Positions 32,902 through 44,404 of a stretch of DNA of 64,000 nucleotides are shown here, piece after piece. The notes beneath the pieces were generated by a model. The model had not been told where the DNA came from. It did not search any database and saw only the letters and a list, made by a program, of their open reading frames with translations. Position numbers and translations under genes: made by a program. This stretch comes from Macrostomum lignano (taxonomy: Eukaryota), in assembly GCA_002269645.1 (NCBI GenBank), contig NIVC01003131.1, positions 1 to 64,000 of the forward strand, read 5' to 3'. Every line of letters starts with the position of its first letter. Within the stretch, counting starts at the first letter, position 1.

Positions 32902-35756
32902 ACAGTTCGGCCCAGCCCCCACGCCCCAGCTGCCAGCCCGACCAAGTGCGCTTCATCACCTCGCGCATGCTCAGAAAACGCCGGCCGTGCATGATCGACA
33001 CCGGTGCCGAGATCTCCTGCATCAACGGCGACATCGTGCACTCGGCCAGGCTCAGACGGCAGCTGAGACCCAGCTCAACAACCATCTATGGCGTGGGCGG
33101 CAATCAAGCAACAGTGCTGGGCGAAATTGAGATAAGTTTTTTTCTTGGTCCGCTTCATTTTCGACACAGATTCCTGGCGGTGACCTGCCTCAGCGCACCG
33201 GTAATTCTGGGCTGCGACTTCCTAAACAAATTTGACATTTCGATTCACCTGAGATCAGGCATTCTCGAGTTCAACGGCCTCGGCGTCACCTTGCCAATGC
33301 GGACATCCAGGCAGGCGGCCCAGACTTGCAAGCTGGCAGCGGCAGCCACGGTTCGACTGCAGCCAGGCGATGGCTGGATCATTCCGGTGCGGCCAGCGAG
33401 CGCGGCAGCGTGGACGAACTCGGAGGCACCAGGCGTTGTCTGCGGCAGCAAGGCGGCCAAAGTGATGATCGGCCGCAGCGTGTCCAAGCTGGTTGACCAC
33501 GGAATGGGGGTTGCTGTCATCAACACCAGAGATGAGACAGTCGAGATCAAGGAGGGCGACATCGTCGGCAACTTCAACCCGCTGTCTGGCCGAGCCCTGG
33601 CGCACCTGCAAGCCGGAGGATCTGGTGATGCCAGTGAGGCAGATCCGACTACTGCAACGACCTGGCAGGACGAGGTGCAAATCGCCGATGACATCCCAAC
33701 CGAGGAGCGGCAGCAAGTCGAACGCCTTCTGCTGGAGTTCAGTGACGTATTCGCGAGCCCCAGCAACCCAGGCCGCACCCAATTGTTAAAGCACGAGATC
33801 GACACAGGCAACGCCAGGCCAATTCGCCAAGGACTGCGGCGCCTGGCTCCCACAGCGATCGCACAGCAGAAGGAGCTGGTCAACGAGATGCTGGCAAAGG
33901 GAGTCGTCCGACCATCGTCATCACCTTGGGCATCTCCGATAGTTCTGGTTCGCAAGAAGGACGGGTCGGCCAGATTTTGCTTGGACTACCGCCTGCTGAA
34001 CGCGGTGACCAAGCCCGATGCCTTCCCGATGCCCCGCATCGATGACACTCTGGATGCCCTCGAAGGAAACAGCTACTTCTCAGCGCTGGATCTCGAAAGT
34101 GGCTACTGGCAAGTCGAGATGAATGACCGAGACAAGGAGAAGACGGCATTTGTGTGCCATGAAGGCCTGTTTGAATTCAACGTGATGCCGTTCGGACTCC
34201 GGAATGCACCAGCCACCTTTCAGCGGCTCATGCAGCTGGTGCTCCGGGGGCTGACGTGGCAGGCCTGTCTGGTGTTCATTGACGACGTCATCGTGATGGG
34301 CCAGACCATCGGCCAGCACAACGATCGGCTGCGTTCAGTTCTGGAGCGACTGCGCGAGTTTAACCTGCGCCTCAAGCCGTCAAAGTGCCGATTTGCAAAT
34401 ACCAGCATGTTAGTCCTGGGCCACCGCGTCAGCAAGACCGGCATCACCGTCGATGAGGGCAAAACCGCGGCTGTGCGAGACTGGCCGGTGCCCCGGAGCT
34501 CGAAGGACGTCAAGAGCTTCCTCGGCATGACCTCCTACTACCGAAGATTTGTGCGCGAATACGCCAATATCGCCGAGCCTCTGCGCCGCCTTACACTGCC
34601 TACGCCCTTCGAGTGGACGCCAGAAGCCGAGGCGGCCTTCAACCAGCTGAAGCAAGCGCTGCTGTCAGCTCCGATCCTGGCGTTCCCGGACATGAGCGAG
34701 TCGGGCTCCGAATTCATCCTCGACACCGACGCAAGTGACTGCGCAATCGGCGCGGTGCTGTCGCAAGTGCAGGCGAGCGAAGAGCGGGTTATCGCCTACG
34801 CCAGCCGCGCCCTGTCAAGAGCTGAGCGCAACTACTGCGTGACGCGGCGCGAGCTCCTGGCTGTTGTCGAGTTTGTTAAGAAGTTCCGGAGCTACCTGCT
34901 GCCGCGCGCCTTCACCGTTCGAGTGGATCACCAGGCGCTCACCTATCTGCTGGCATTCAAAGAGCCCGAAGGCCAGCTGGCCAGATGGCTGCAGCTGCTC
35001 GATGAGTTCAACTTCAAGGTCGTCTTTCGCCGAGGCCGCCAACACGGCAACGCAGACGCCCTCTCTCGGCGAGAGCAAAAGTGCACCAGCCAGTGTCGAG
35101 TCTGTCGGCCAGGGACGACAGCGGTGGCGCCAGCCGAGACTTCAACAGCCGCCTGCCAGACGGAGCCGACGGTCGAGGCGCCAGTGCCAATCGCGGAGCC
35201 TGCTGGCCGGGTCGACACAGTCAGAGTCAACTCCGTGCAAACCAACGCAGCGACATCAGCGCCGGCTACCTCTGCGGCTGCCCAGACCAACGCCGAGCCG
35301 GAACGTCAGGGCACCTCAAGGCGGAAGCAGCAGCTTCAACCGCGGCCAAGCGAGAGCGAGGACTCCAGCGAAGACGAAATCAGCGACGAGGCCATTCAGG
35401 AAGGCGAGGCGCTGTCAGATGCGTCTCAGTCACTGCGTGAACTGCAGCTCCGTGATCCAGACATCGGCCCGGTGTTTCGCCTGCTGTCCAACGGCAAGAC
35501 AAGGTTCAGCGCCAGCAGACGTGACCGACTGTCGCCTGAGAGCCTAATTCTGGCACAGAAGATCGGCGACCTGTGTTTCGTCGACGGCGCCCTGAACAAG
35601 CTGGTGAAGTCCAAGCCTGTGCCTGTGATTCCGCGCTGCAGACAGGAGGAGTTCATCGAGGAGGTCCATGAGCTTGGGCATCTGGGCGAGGACAAGACCT
35701 TGGCAGCCCTCAAGCAGCGTTGCTACTGGCCGAAAATGGCGGAGAGCGTTCGCTAG
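32848..35756 (+). CDS. pol: Pol: aspartic protease, dUTPase-like linker, reverse transcriptase, RNase H and start of integrase; ends at a premature TAG
   Basis: Protease IDTGA; RT motifs RFCLDYR, DAFPMPRID, MPFGLRNAPATFQR and FIDD; RNase H LDTDASDCAIGAVLSQ and RRELLAVV; integrase zinc-finger His pair HELGH. Confidence 0.93.
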
Positions 35757-35757
35757 C

Positions 35758-36786
35758 CTAGCGGTCAGGTCCTGCCAAGTGTGCCAGCGCGCTAAGACAC
35801 CGAGTCAGCGCCGAGCTCCACTGCAGACTATGGCCAGTGGATTTCCTATGCAGCGCGTGGGCATCGACGTGGTCAAAGTTGGACTGTCACGGCGGGGAAA
35901 CGATCGGCTGCTCACCATTGTCGACTACTTCACCAAGTGGGTCGAGCTGGTGCCACTCCCCGACGAGAAAGCGGCCACCATCGCCAAGGCACTGTTCGAC
36001 AACTGGGTGACGCGTTTCGGAGCCCCGCACATTCTGCACTCCGACCGTGGCAAGGCCGTGGACGGAAAGGTCATCAGGAGCCTGTGCCGGCTGCTGGAGA
36101 TTCAGAAGACGCGGACATCCGGCTACCATCCGCAGTGCGACGGCCTAGTAGAAAGGTTCCACCGCACTCTGCACCAGATGCTCCGCTGCCACCTGCAGTC
36201 AGTTCAGCCGGAGGACTGGGAAGAAGTGTTGCCGCATTGTCTCCTGGCCTACCGCAGCAGCGTCAATGCTACAACCGGGTTTACTCCTCACTGCCTGCTG
36301 ACTGGCCGGGAAATGACGCTTCCAGTTGACGTCGTCTACCGGCCACCGGAGCCGCCAATGACAGTCGGCCAGTTCGCCGCCAACAACCGCGACCAGCTGC
36401 TTCGCGCCTACGACTCCGTGCGGCGATCGATGGCGACGGCACAACGACGCCAGCGGCGGTACTACGACCGGAAGGCCAAGCGGTGCAGATTCCGGGTCGG
36501 CGACCTCGTATGGGTTTTCGTTCCGCCGTCGGCGCTTTCAAGGACGACTGGACTGGCTCCGAAACACCAGGCGCCCTGGACCGGCCCGTTCCGGGTGCTG
36601 CAGCGAACGTCGCCGGTGAACTACTTGGTTCGTCCTATCGATTACAAGGACGGCGACACCGGTCGGGTGGTCCACGCAAACAAGCTGAAACGTGCGCACC
36701 AGCCCCGCGCTCCCGACCCGGCGCGGAGTGAGGCGACCAGCGACTGCAGCAGCGAAGTTCTTGACGATGGCTGGGTCCTAGTGTGA
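35758..36786 (+). CDS. pol: Integrase (CxxC, DDE core, GPF/Y module), frameshifted from pol
   Basis: CQVC, GIDVV, HSDRG, GLVERFH, WTGPFRVL. Confidence 0.9.
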   Translation, partial: LAVRSCQVCQRAKTPSQRRAPLQTMASGFPMQRVGIDVVKVGLSRRGNDRLLTIVDYFTKWVELVPLPDEKAATIAKALFDNWVTRFGAPHILHSDRGKAVDGKVIRSLCRLLEIQKTRTSGYHPQCDGLVERFHRTLHQMLRCHLQSVQPEDWEEVLPHCLLAYRSSVNATTGFTPHCLLTGREMTLPVDVVYRPPEPPMTVGQFAANNRDQLLRAYDSVRRSMATAQRRQRRYYDRKAKRCRFRVGDLVWVFVPPSALSRTTGLAPKHQAPWTGPFRVLQRTSPVNYLVRPIDYKDGDTGRVVHANKLKRAHQPRAPDPARSEATSDCSSEVLDDGWVLV

Positions 36787-37443
36787 GTCTGACAATCTTT
36801 TTTGCCGATTTCTGCGACCTGCGCAGTTTGTGCTTGAGTTGTGCATTTGTGCGCTGTTCCAGCAGAGCTGCCTTTGCGTGTCACTTGGCTGAGTATTTTT
36901 TGCGTTTAATTCGTTTTTAAGATTCAAATCCGCTGTCTTTTCGAGTTTTAATCAGTTGTGGTTTCCGAGTTCCAGGCCGGTGCTTTATATATTCCCTTAT
37001 ATATTAAATCGCATTTTGCTATCAAAATATTTATTTTCGATTTCAACAATATTTTCTAAATTCAAAAAAATTGGTAAATTTTCGCGTTGAAGTGAATATT
37101 GCATTTTTATTCCGCATTGACATAATTGTTCGATTTTTAGCATCCGTTAGGGTATGTGCGTTGATCATCATCCGATATTCTATTGAATTAGACTCGAGCA
37201 TTTTCGTTCCGCGTTAGGTTCAAACTGCATTGGTGAAGTTCTAAATTGCTGTGGTTGAAGAATTTTGCCGCTATTTTTGAAGTTGGCTTTTAACTTTTGC
37301 TCATACGCGATTCGATCCTTTAGTGTCCGTCTTGTGAGCGTGCATTGAACGCAACTTGTATTGTGTCAAAGAAATATTTTCATAAAGTAGATTTTGTTCG
37401 AACTGTCAATTTTCAGCGCAATGGGGACATTGTTTTTTTTTCG

Positions 37444-37454
37444 CGAGGGGGTAG
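37444..37454 (+). other. Polypurine tract
   Basis: CGAGGGGGTAG immediately before the 3' LTR. Confidence 0.7.
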
Positions 37455-37769
37455 TGTAGTACACCTTAATTTCGTAATTTAAATTGGTGCCAACTCGGGG
37501 CGTGTGTTAAGTAAAGCAAAGTAATCGCATAGCAATGTAATAATACACGTATATTTTCGTTTCGTTCAATACTTTATATTCGTAACTTTATATCAGCTGA
37601 ATTTCATCGCCTTAGCTCGATGGTGAGTCCAATAAATGCTGAATCATAGCTCGAACTGTTACTGGCCATGCTTTAGAGTGTGCCTAGTAAGCAGGCAGCT
37701 GTGCAAGCTTGTGATTGGGCGGTCAAGGCTCAAAGTCAAATTTAGTGTCCTGCCTCCGTTCCTGTTACA
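37455..37769 (+). repeat. 3' LTR
   Basis: 315-bp direct repeat of 31203-31517. Confidence 0.97.
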
Positions 37770-38743
37770 AATAATAGAAGTTGAATTCGGTAGTACATAT
37801 AAGTCAGCGCGAAACGTTTAGCGACGGAATCTTAGCAAAGCGCTATGCAAAACTTCTTCTAAGTTTTTAAATAAAGCTTTTAGTACAAATACGGACTTTG
37901 TTTTTTTTTTTTATTGCGTGAAAAAACTAAATAAGCTTAAAAATTGTTTTATTTCCATTGTCGCGTCATGTCAAATATCTAGGAAACAAAAATTTTAAAG
38001 TCACATTTTAGTCGCATTTAATATTAATTACTAGTTATTGTATTTTTGCCGAATCTAAACCTAGTTTCTTATCTCTAATGGATTACTACAACAGTGTCCT
38101 TTGCATTTTTTTCTAATTCAGTTTCTTTTACCAAGGACTTGGATGAATTTTTGACACCCCACTGGACCAGTTGTAGTGGGTTTATTATAATTGTCATCCA
38201 TTTTGTTAATTGATTGGTTGATAATAAACATTATAAGTATCCAGCTATAGATTAGTTGTTTAGTTGTTTTGGTAATAAGAAATTTCAGTAATAGGCCTTA
38301 GTCATTTCAGTGATAAGCAAAAGTAACTTTGGTGACAAGCCTAGACCCTTGCCTTTGATATCATTTCAATTAGAATTAGAGATATATTAATTAAGTAAAA
38401 AAGCTTGAAAGTCTCTAGCTTTTATTTTGAGGTCTGCCAAAATATTCAAGTTAAGTTTTAGTTAACTTTGATGATTTTTTAGAACAAAAGTGTTGCGATC
38501 TTTGATATTGTACATAGGTTTACAATCTTCCTTTGAATATTTCTTGTGCACTTTTCTCAGTATGTATTTTATAATTAGAAACCTTGTGCTTTCACTTTAG
38601 GTTAAATCTGTTTAAAAATACAGCAATGAGTCAGTTTAATTTTTTGTTCAATAAGTTTTTTAGTGTTAACAAAATAGCTTAAAATGGATTATAAATGAAA
38701 TGCATAGGCCTATCATTAAAATGACCACTAACCAAATATTCCC

Positions 38744-39946
38744 TGGCATTCTTTCGTTATAGAAGACCCAAAAATGCATGACTTTCGTAATGGGAGACCC
38801 ATGGAAAAGGGGAAGAAATCAATCAAAAAACAAGCATTCACTAACAAAATGAAAGTGTAGCAAAAGTTAATTCTACACAAAGTTGATGCTTTAATCGACA
38901 GTGCTTAATTTCACACAAAGTTGTTATACTGTAATCGCAAGCGTTTATTCTACCAATCTCATACGCAGCCTGTCAAACTATAATACACTAGTGCCATGAG
39001 GTCTCTATATATATACACTTTTGTTTTAGAAGACCGCAAAATAGGAATATTGCTTGTGGGTCTTGTGAAACGAAAGTAAGAAAGAAGCATTGAGCTATCA
39101 TACGCCAGTGTTACTCAAGAGACACATTATCCCAGTTAATATCAAAGAGGCATTGATTGCATGTCATGGGTGCAATACTCAGTGGGTAGACCATGCAAAG
39201 TTGCTGGAAGAACGACTTGATAAGATCACCACGAAAATGAAAGCGGAACATTGTCTCCACAGTACGAGTACGAAAGATTCAGAAACGCATGAAAGCAGCG
39301 TGCGCACGCACCCCCCCCTCACCTTCGAAAAAGAAGACCCAACTCATTTCACCTAAGTATTTACAACATGGAGGTCTTGCATTACGAAAGTAAGAGACCT
39401 TTATGTTAAACTTACTTCTGTGGAATTTCCAACAGGTAACCGACAATGAACATCGTGATGTCCATTGGGTGCAGTTTCTGTTTCTATTGTTTTTGTTGAA
39501 TTTCTAGACCACAATAGATTGCTTTTCTTCCATATCTCTACTTTCGTTTCGGAAGACCTTTAATGGATGCTTAACATTGTCGGTCTTTTAAAACGAAACT
39601 GTATATATCAGACATTCATAGAAAATGTACCCAAGGCTGACACAGGAAAACAAATCATCTAAACCCTGTTTCTGCAGCTTTTGTTGCTGCCACCCCTACT
39701 ACCTTTGTTTTGGAAGACCTTCAATGAAATAGTAGCTTGACGGTTTTCTAAAACAAAACTATAATATAAACTGTAATAAAGGACACACAAAGCCATTAAG
39801 AATAAACAAACAAAATAATAGACAACAATTCCTATGTTCCTATTCAATTCCTATGAGCAGCTTCCTATGTTTTAGGCGGGTCTTCTTTTTCAAAACTGCC
39901 AGCTTCCTATTTGATACATAGAGGGTCTTCTAAAACGAAAGAATGC
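38744..39946. mobile_element. About 1.2-kb putative non-autonomous DNA transposon, superfamily unresolved
   Basis: 24-bp inverted repeats at 38746-38769 and 39923-39946 (23/24). Flanking 8-bp direct repeat ATATTCCC (38736-38743 and 39947-39954). About 12 internal copies of an 18-bp motif. Confidence 0.6.
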
Positions 39947-41431
39947 ATATTCCCTTTTGTCTAAGGCAAAATGTGTTTCTCATATACATGAGCAACTTAT
40001 TCGGTATTTGAAAGAGATTTGGTCATTTTATATTATTATTTATGGCTAATTTCTTATTAATCACTTTTCATTCTTTATAACAAAAGTGAATATGATAATT
40101 TAGATTAGCAACCTATAGTTAACTCTTGGAATATCATTTTAATAAATTAGACTTTTTATAGTGTTTAATTTTGATGGTTTTTTATATTTAAATGTTTTTC
40201 AGGTTTCTAATAAAGCTAATTGACTTGAGTTATTTCTTTTCTATTAAATCTAATATTAATAGGTTGTAGCCTAGTGATTAGAGTATTGGACTTGAAACAT
40301 AGAGGTTGGGATATTTGTTTCTTGATCCTACTAAAATAATTTATGTCCTTAAGTAAGACATTTAACTATTCATTGCTTCAGTTCCGCAGATATAAAATGG
40401 GTGCTAGCAATAGCTAGGGTAATTAAGGGTATATATGATGACTCTCTAGTCCATGGACTGAACAGCTATATGCTATTTTTAGTTAGAGCTCTGCCTTTCT
40501 TGCCCAGTCTATCTTGCTCTCCTTGGTCCATCTGCTATCTCCTCTGATTGTCTCTGCCCTTGTGTCTTGGCTCCCATCCTGACAGTGGATTGGAGTCTTG
40601 GGGTTGATGTTTGTCCCGAATTGGGGATACTGGCTGAGTCTGGGTCCTTTTGCTCTGTGCCCCTTCTCAACCCCTTGGCCTGGCCTCCAATATTGAGCTG
40701 AATAGGTGATGCCCTTGGGCTTGCAGCCCTATAGGTTTTCTGGTGGCCTGATAGGAGTCTTGCCCTTGGAAACAAGCCTTCCAGACTCACTCCAAAATTA
40801 AGCCATTTCTGAGACTTTGGGGTCTCCCTGCTCTTGGACTGCTTTTAGTAGTATTTCAAGATTTTTCTGATTCTTTTTTGTGCACTCCTGGGATTTATCT
40901 GCTGTTAGGCAGTGTCTTAGTCCATAGGTTTGGGTTGGCAGATTCCCCTGGTCCAGACGTCAAGGTCCAATCTCAGGGTATCTCAGGCTATATGCCCTTG
41001 GTAGTGCCGCTCAGCGGCAGAGCCCCTCTCAGGGCTGATCTGCAGGTAGCTCCCGGCTTCCCACTCCCATTTAACAACAACAAGCAGCCTTTAGTTGCAC
41101 TGTACAATAGCTGCAGCTAAGCTGTTTGTTGCACATCTGGTCCAAGTGAGACAGGTGTTTCAAATATTATTATTATTATGTCCTATTGTATAAAAATTTA
41201 GTTTTTAGATTGGCCTTTAGGATTTTTAGCCTTATAGGTCATAGATTTCTGAAATAGTTTCTTAGCTGCTACAATGTGTTCATAAACAGCTGCTATATGC
41301 ATGTGAATAAGTGCAGAGACAACTAGATAGTATTTTTTAACTAGAGTTTCAGCAGCATAGATTCAATTTCCAAGCAGTCCTTGGCTAGATATAATAGCAC
41401 AGTGACTACTTTCTTCCCCACACTGATTTGC

Positions 41432-41809
41432 ATGCCCCACCAAGCCATGCTCGAAGCGTCCCGCCCAGCCGCCCGTTTCGCCGGCGCATCCGAGTACGAC
41501 CGCAGCTACAAGTGGAACGAGTCCAACAAGAGCGCCAGCTTCTTCCCGAGTGGCGAGCAGCTCCGGCCCACCGCGGGCATCGAGTCACTGCGTCGCTACA
41601 ACGTCATGGAGCCGCCGCTGCAGCGCAGGAAACGCGTCGAACACGTCCAGGACAGCGTGAAGCTGGGCGTGCCGGAGACCCCCACCGAGGACAGCTTCCT
41701 TTTGGCCGGGCAGAAGTCAGACAAGTTCGCGCCATCGCAGGCGCACCCCAACTACGCCAAGGAGGCGCACAAGAAGCGCAGCCTCAGCCTGGCAGCTCAG
41801 CGCGAGCAG
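41432..41809 (+). CDS. MDM1: MDM1 (SAXO6) exon 1; start could be ATG 41432 or 41447
   Basis: RFAGASEYDRSYKW and EPPLQRRKRV resemble vertebrate MDM1 RFKGLSEYQRNFLW and EPSFISKRRV. Donor CAG|gtctgt. Confidence 0.85.
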
Positions 41810-41835
41810 GTCTGTTGCTTCTGTGTTAAACAAGT

Positions 41836-42706
41836 CTGGCTCTCGTGTCTCCACACGTCTGACTCTCGTGTCTCCACACATCTGACTCTCGTGTCTCCAC
41901 ACATCTGACTCTCGTGTCTCCACACATCTGACTCTCGTGTCTCCGCACGTTTGACTCTCGTGTCTCCACACGTCTGACTCTCGTGTCTCCACACGTCTGA
42001 CTCTCGTGTCTCCACACATCTGACTCTCGTGTCTCCACACGTTTGACTCTCGTGTCTCCACACGTCTGACTCTCGTGTCTCCACACGTCTGACTCTCGTG
42101 TCTCCACACGTCTGACTCTCGTGTCTCCACACATCTGACTCTCGTGTCTCCACACGTTTGACTCTCGTGTCTCCACACGTCTGACTCTCGTGTCTCCACA
42201 CGTCTGACTCTCGTGTCTCCACACATCTGACTCTCGTGTCTCCACACGTCTGACTCTCGCGTCTCCACACATCTGACTCTCGTATCTCCACACATCTGAC
42301 TCTCGTGTCTCCACACGTTTGACTCTCGTGTCTCCACACGTCTGACTCTCGTGTCTCCACACGTCTGACTCTCGTGTCTCCACACATCTGACTCTCGTGT
42401 CTCCACACGTCTGACTCTCGCGTCTCCACACATCTGACTCTCGTATCTCCACACGCCTGACTCTCGTGTCTCCACACATCTGACTCTCGCGTCTCCACAC
42501 GCCTGACTCTCGTATCTCCACACGCCTGACTCTCGTGTCTCCACACGCCTGACTCTCGTGTCTCCACACGCCTGACTCTCGTGTCTCCACACGCCTGACT
42601 CTCGTGTCTCCACACGCCTGACTCTCGTGTCTCCACACGCCTGACTCTCGTGTCTCCACACGCCTGACTCTCGTGTCTCCACACGTCTGACTCTCGTGTC
42701 TCCACG
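41836..42706. repeat. 23-bp minisatellite in MDM1 intron 1 (TCTGACTCTCGTGTCTCCACACG)
   Basis: Direct reading. Confidence 0.97.
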
Positions 42707-42710
42707 ATCC

Positions 42711-42935
42711 CTGGTTCGATTCAGTACGCTTAAACATTCATTTGAGGCTTTTGTGCACGAAACATTGGCCGGGGGTTGTCATGCGTTTCACATCCACGAT
42801 GGCCTGACAATTAGAAAGTCAAGGCCGCTGTACACCCTGTGTGAGCGTATGTATGAGTGTCGTGCCTGCGTACAGTATTGGTTCGCTTGCATATGCTTCG
42901 GAGTTGGCGGAATGGGGTCGAATTGCCGTCAGCGT
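42711..42935 (+). mobile_element. Diverged SINE-family copy in MDM1 intron 1
   Basis: B-box-like ggttcgattc, plus ggccgctgtacaccctgtgtgag and ggcggaatggg matching the family body. Confidence 0.45.
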
Positions 42936-42988
42936 TGGTTGTGAGATGATGTCACCGAAGGCCACGTGTCTGTCTGTTGCTCTCGCAG

Positions 42989-43585
42989 GAGAGGCTCGAG
43001 CAGGAGCAGCGCCAGCGCGACCGCAAGCTGCGCCTGCAACAGAAAGGCGGCACAGAGGCCGCGCAGAAACCCGCCGTGAACGGCGGCGGCGGCGGCGGCG
43101 GCGACTTCTTCACTGACGACGACGAGCCGCCAGTGGCGACGCCGGAGACGCCGCGCGAAGTGAAGCGGCAGCTGACCATGCCGGACCGGCAGCGGAAGCA
43201 GAGGGAGAAGCAGCGGCAGCAGCAGCAGCCCCCAAAGCGCCATCACCGCCGGCGCCGTCACCGCAGTCAGGAGGCCGCCGCGCCAGCCGAAGCGTCCGTC
43301 TCAACCAAGGAGCTGGAGGCTCAGCTGGCCAAAGCCCGCCGGGAGTCCCGACGCCTGGAAGCTGAGGCCCTGATGAGGCGCGGCGAAGGCGGCGGTGGGG
43401 CAGCTGAGCCGCCGGCCGCTGTCGAGCCGCCGTACCAGCGGCCGAAGACGCCGCCGTTCTACAGGGACCTGCAGGCGGATCCGTACGCCGTGCGCGACCC
43501 CGACTACGCCAAAAAGCGGCAGCTGGGCCTCGCCGATGCCAAACGGCCCCAGGGCAACAAGCCGACTAAGGCGAGCGAGTACCAG
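42989..43585 (+). CDS. MDM1: MDM1 exon 2
   Basis: Acceptor tctcgcag|, donor CAG|gtgagg. 597 nt, phase 0-0. Ends KASEYQ, and the SEYQ|LSY repeat is completed by the next exon. Confidence 0.85.
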
Positions 43586-44185
43586 GTGAGGGGTGGGGTA
43601 TGTCTCACAGGTGAGGTGTGGGGGATGTCTCACAGGTGAGGGGTGGGGTATGTCTCACAGGTGAGGGTGGGGTATGTCTCACAGGTGAGGGTGGGGTATG
43701 TCTCACAGGTGAGGGTGGGGTATGTCTCACAGGTGAGGTGTGGGGGTGTCAGGTGAGGGGTGGGGTGTCTCACAGGTACAGGTGAGGGGTGGGGTATGTC
43801 TCACAGGTGAGGGGTGGGGTATGTCTCACAGGTGAGGTGTGGGGGATGTCTCACAGGTGAGGGTGGGGGTATGTCTCACAGGTGAGGGTGGGGGTATGTC
43901 TCAGGTGAGGTGTGGGGTTGTCTCACAGGTGAGGGGTGGGGGTGTCTCACAGGTGAGGGGTGGGGGTGTCTCACAGGTGAGGTGTGGGGGATGTCTCACA
44001 GGTGAGGGGTGGGGTATGTCTCACAGGTGAGGGTGGGGTATGTCTCACAGGTGAGGTGTGGGGGATGTCTCACAGGTGAGGTGTGGGGGATGTCTCACAG
44101 GTGAGGGGTGGGGTATGTCTCACAGGTGAGGTGTGGGGGGTGTCTCACAGGTGAGGTGTGGGGGTGTCTCACAGGTGAGGGGTGG
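43586..44185. repeat. 24-25-bp minisatellite in MDM1 intron 2 (GTGAGGGGTGGGGTATGTCTCACAG)
   Basis: Begins exactly at the donor GT; about 24 copies. Confidence 0.95.
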
Positions 44186-44404
44186 GAGGGGTATGTCTCA
44201 ACTACTTTGGCTTCTTTTTGTCCCGACTCGACTCTTCCCCTACCACTAAACTTGACGGAGCGGTCAGGCTGGCTTCTGACACTCGAGACCTCAAATTTTC
44301 CGAGTTTGATTGGGCGATCGCAATAATCTTGAGCTCAATTACTCGAGTTCAGCCAGCTGCTCGGCCGCAAAGCTCAAACTACTCAATCCCCAACCGCCCT
44401 CCAG

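Larger units (their letters stand above)
31203..37769 (+). mobile_element. Full-length Ty3/Gypsy LTR retrotransposon, young but frame-disrupted
   Basis: Two 315-bp TG...CA LTRs, 5-bp TSD AATAA (31198-31202 and 37770-37774), PBS, PPT, and gag(CCHC)-PR-RT-RH-IN domain order. Confidence 0.97.

Noticed and set aside
36787-37443. env-like third ORF in the Gypsy element
   Set aside because: The region is AT-rich with no substantial ORF and is treated as 3' UTR.
39090-39356. Transposase remnant inside the 1.2-kb TIR element
   Set aside because: The 88-aa ORF starts at TTG and has no recognisable DDE or DNA-binding motif.
41717-42737. 300-aa ORFs in three minus-strand frames
   Set aside because: They are translations of the 23-bp intronic minisatellite.
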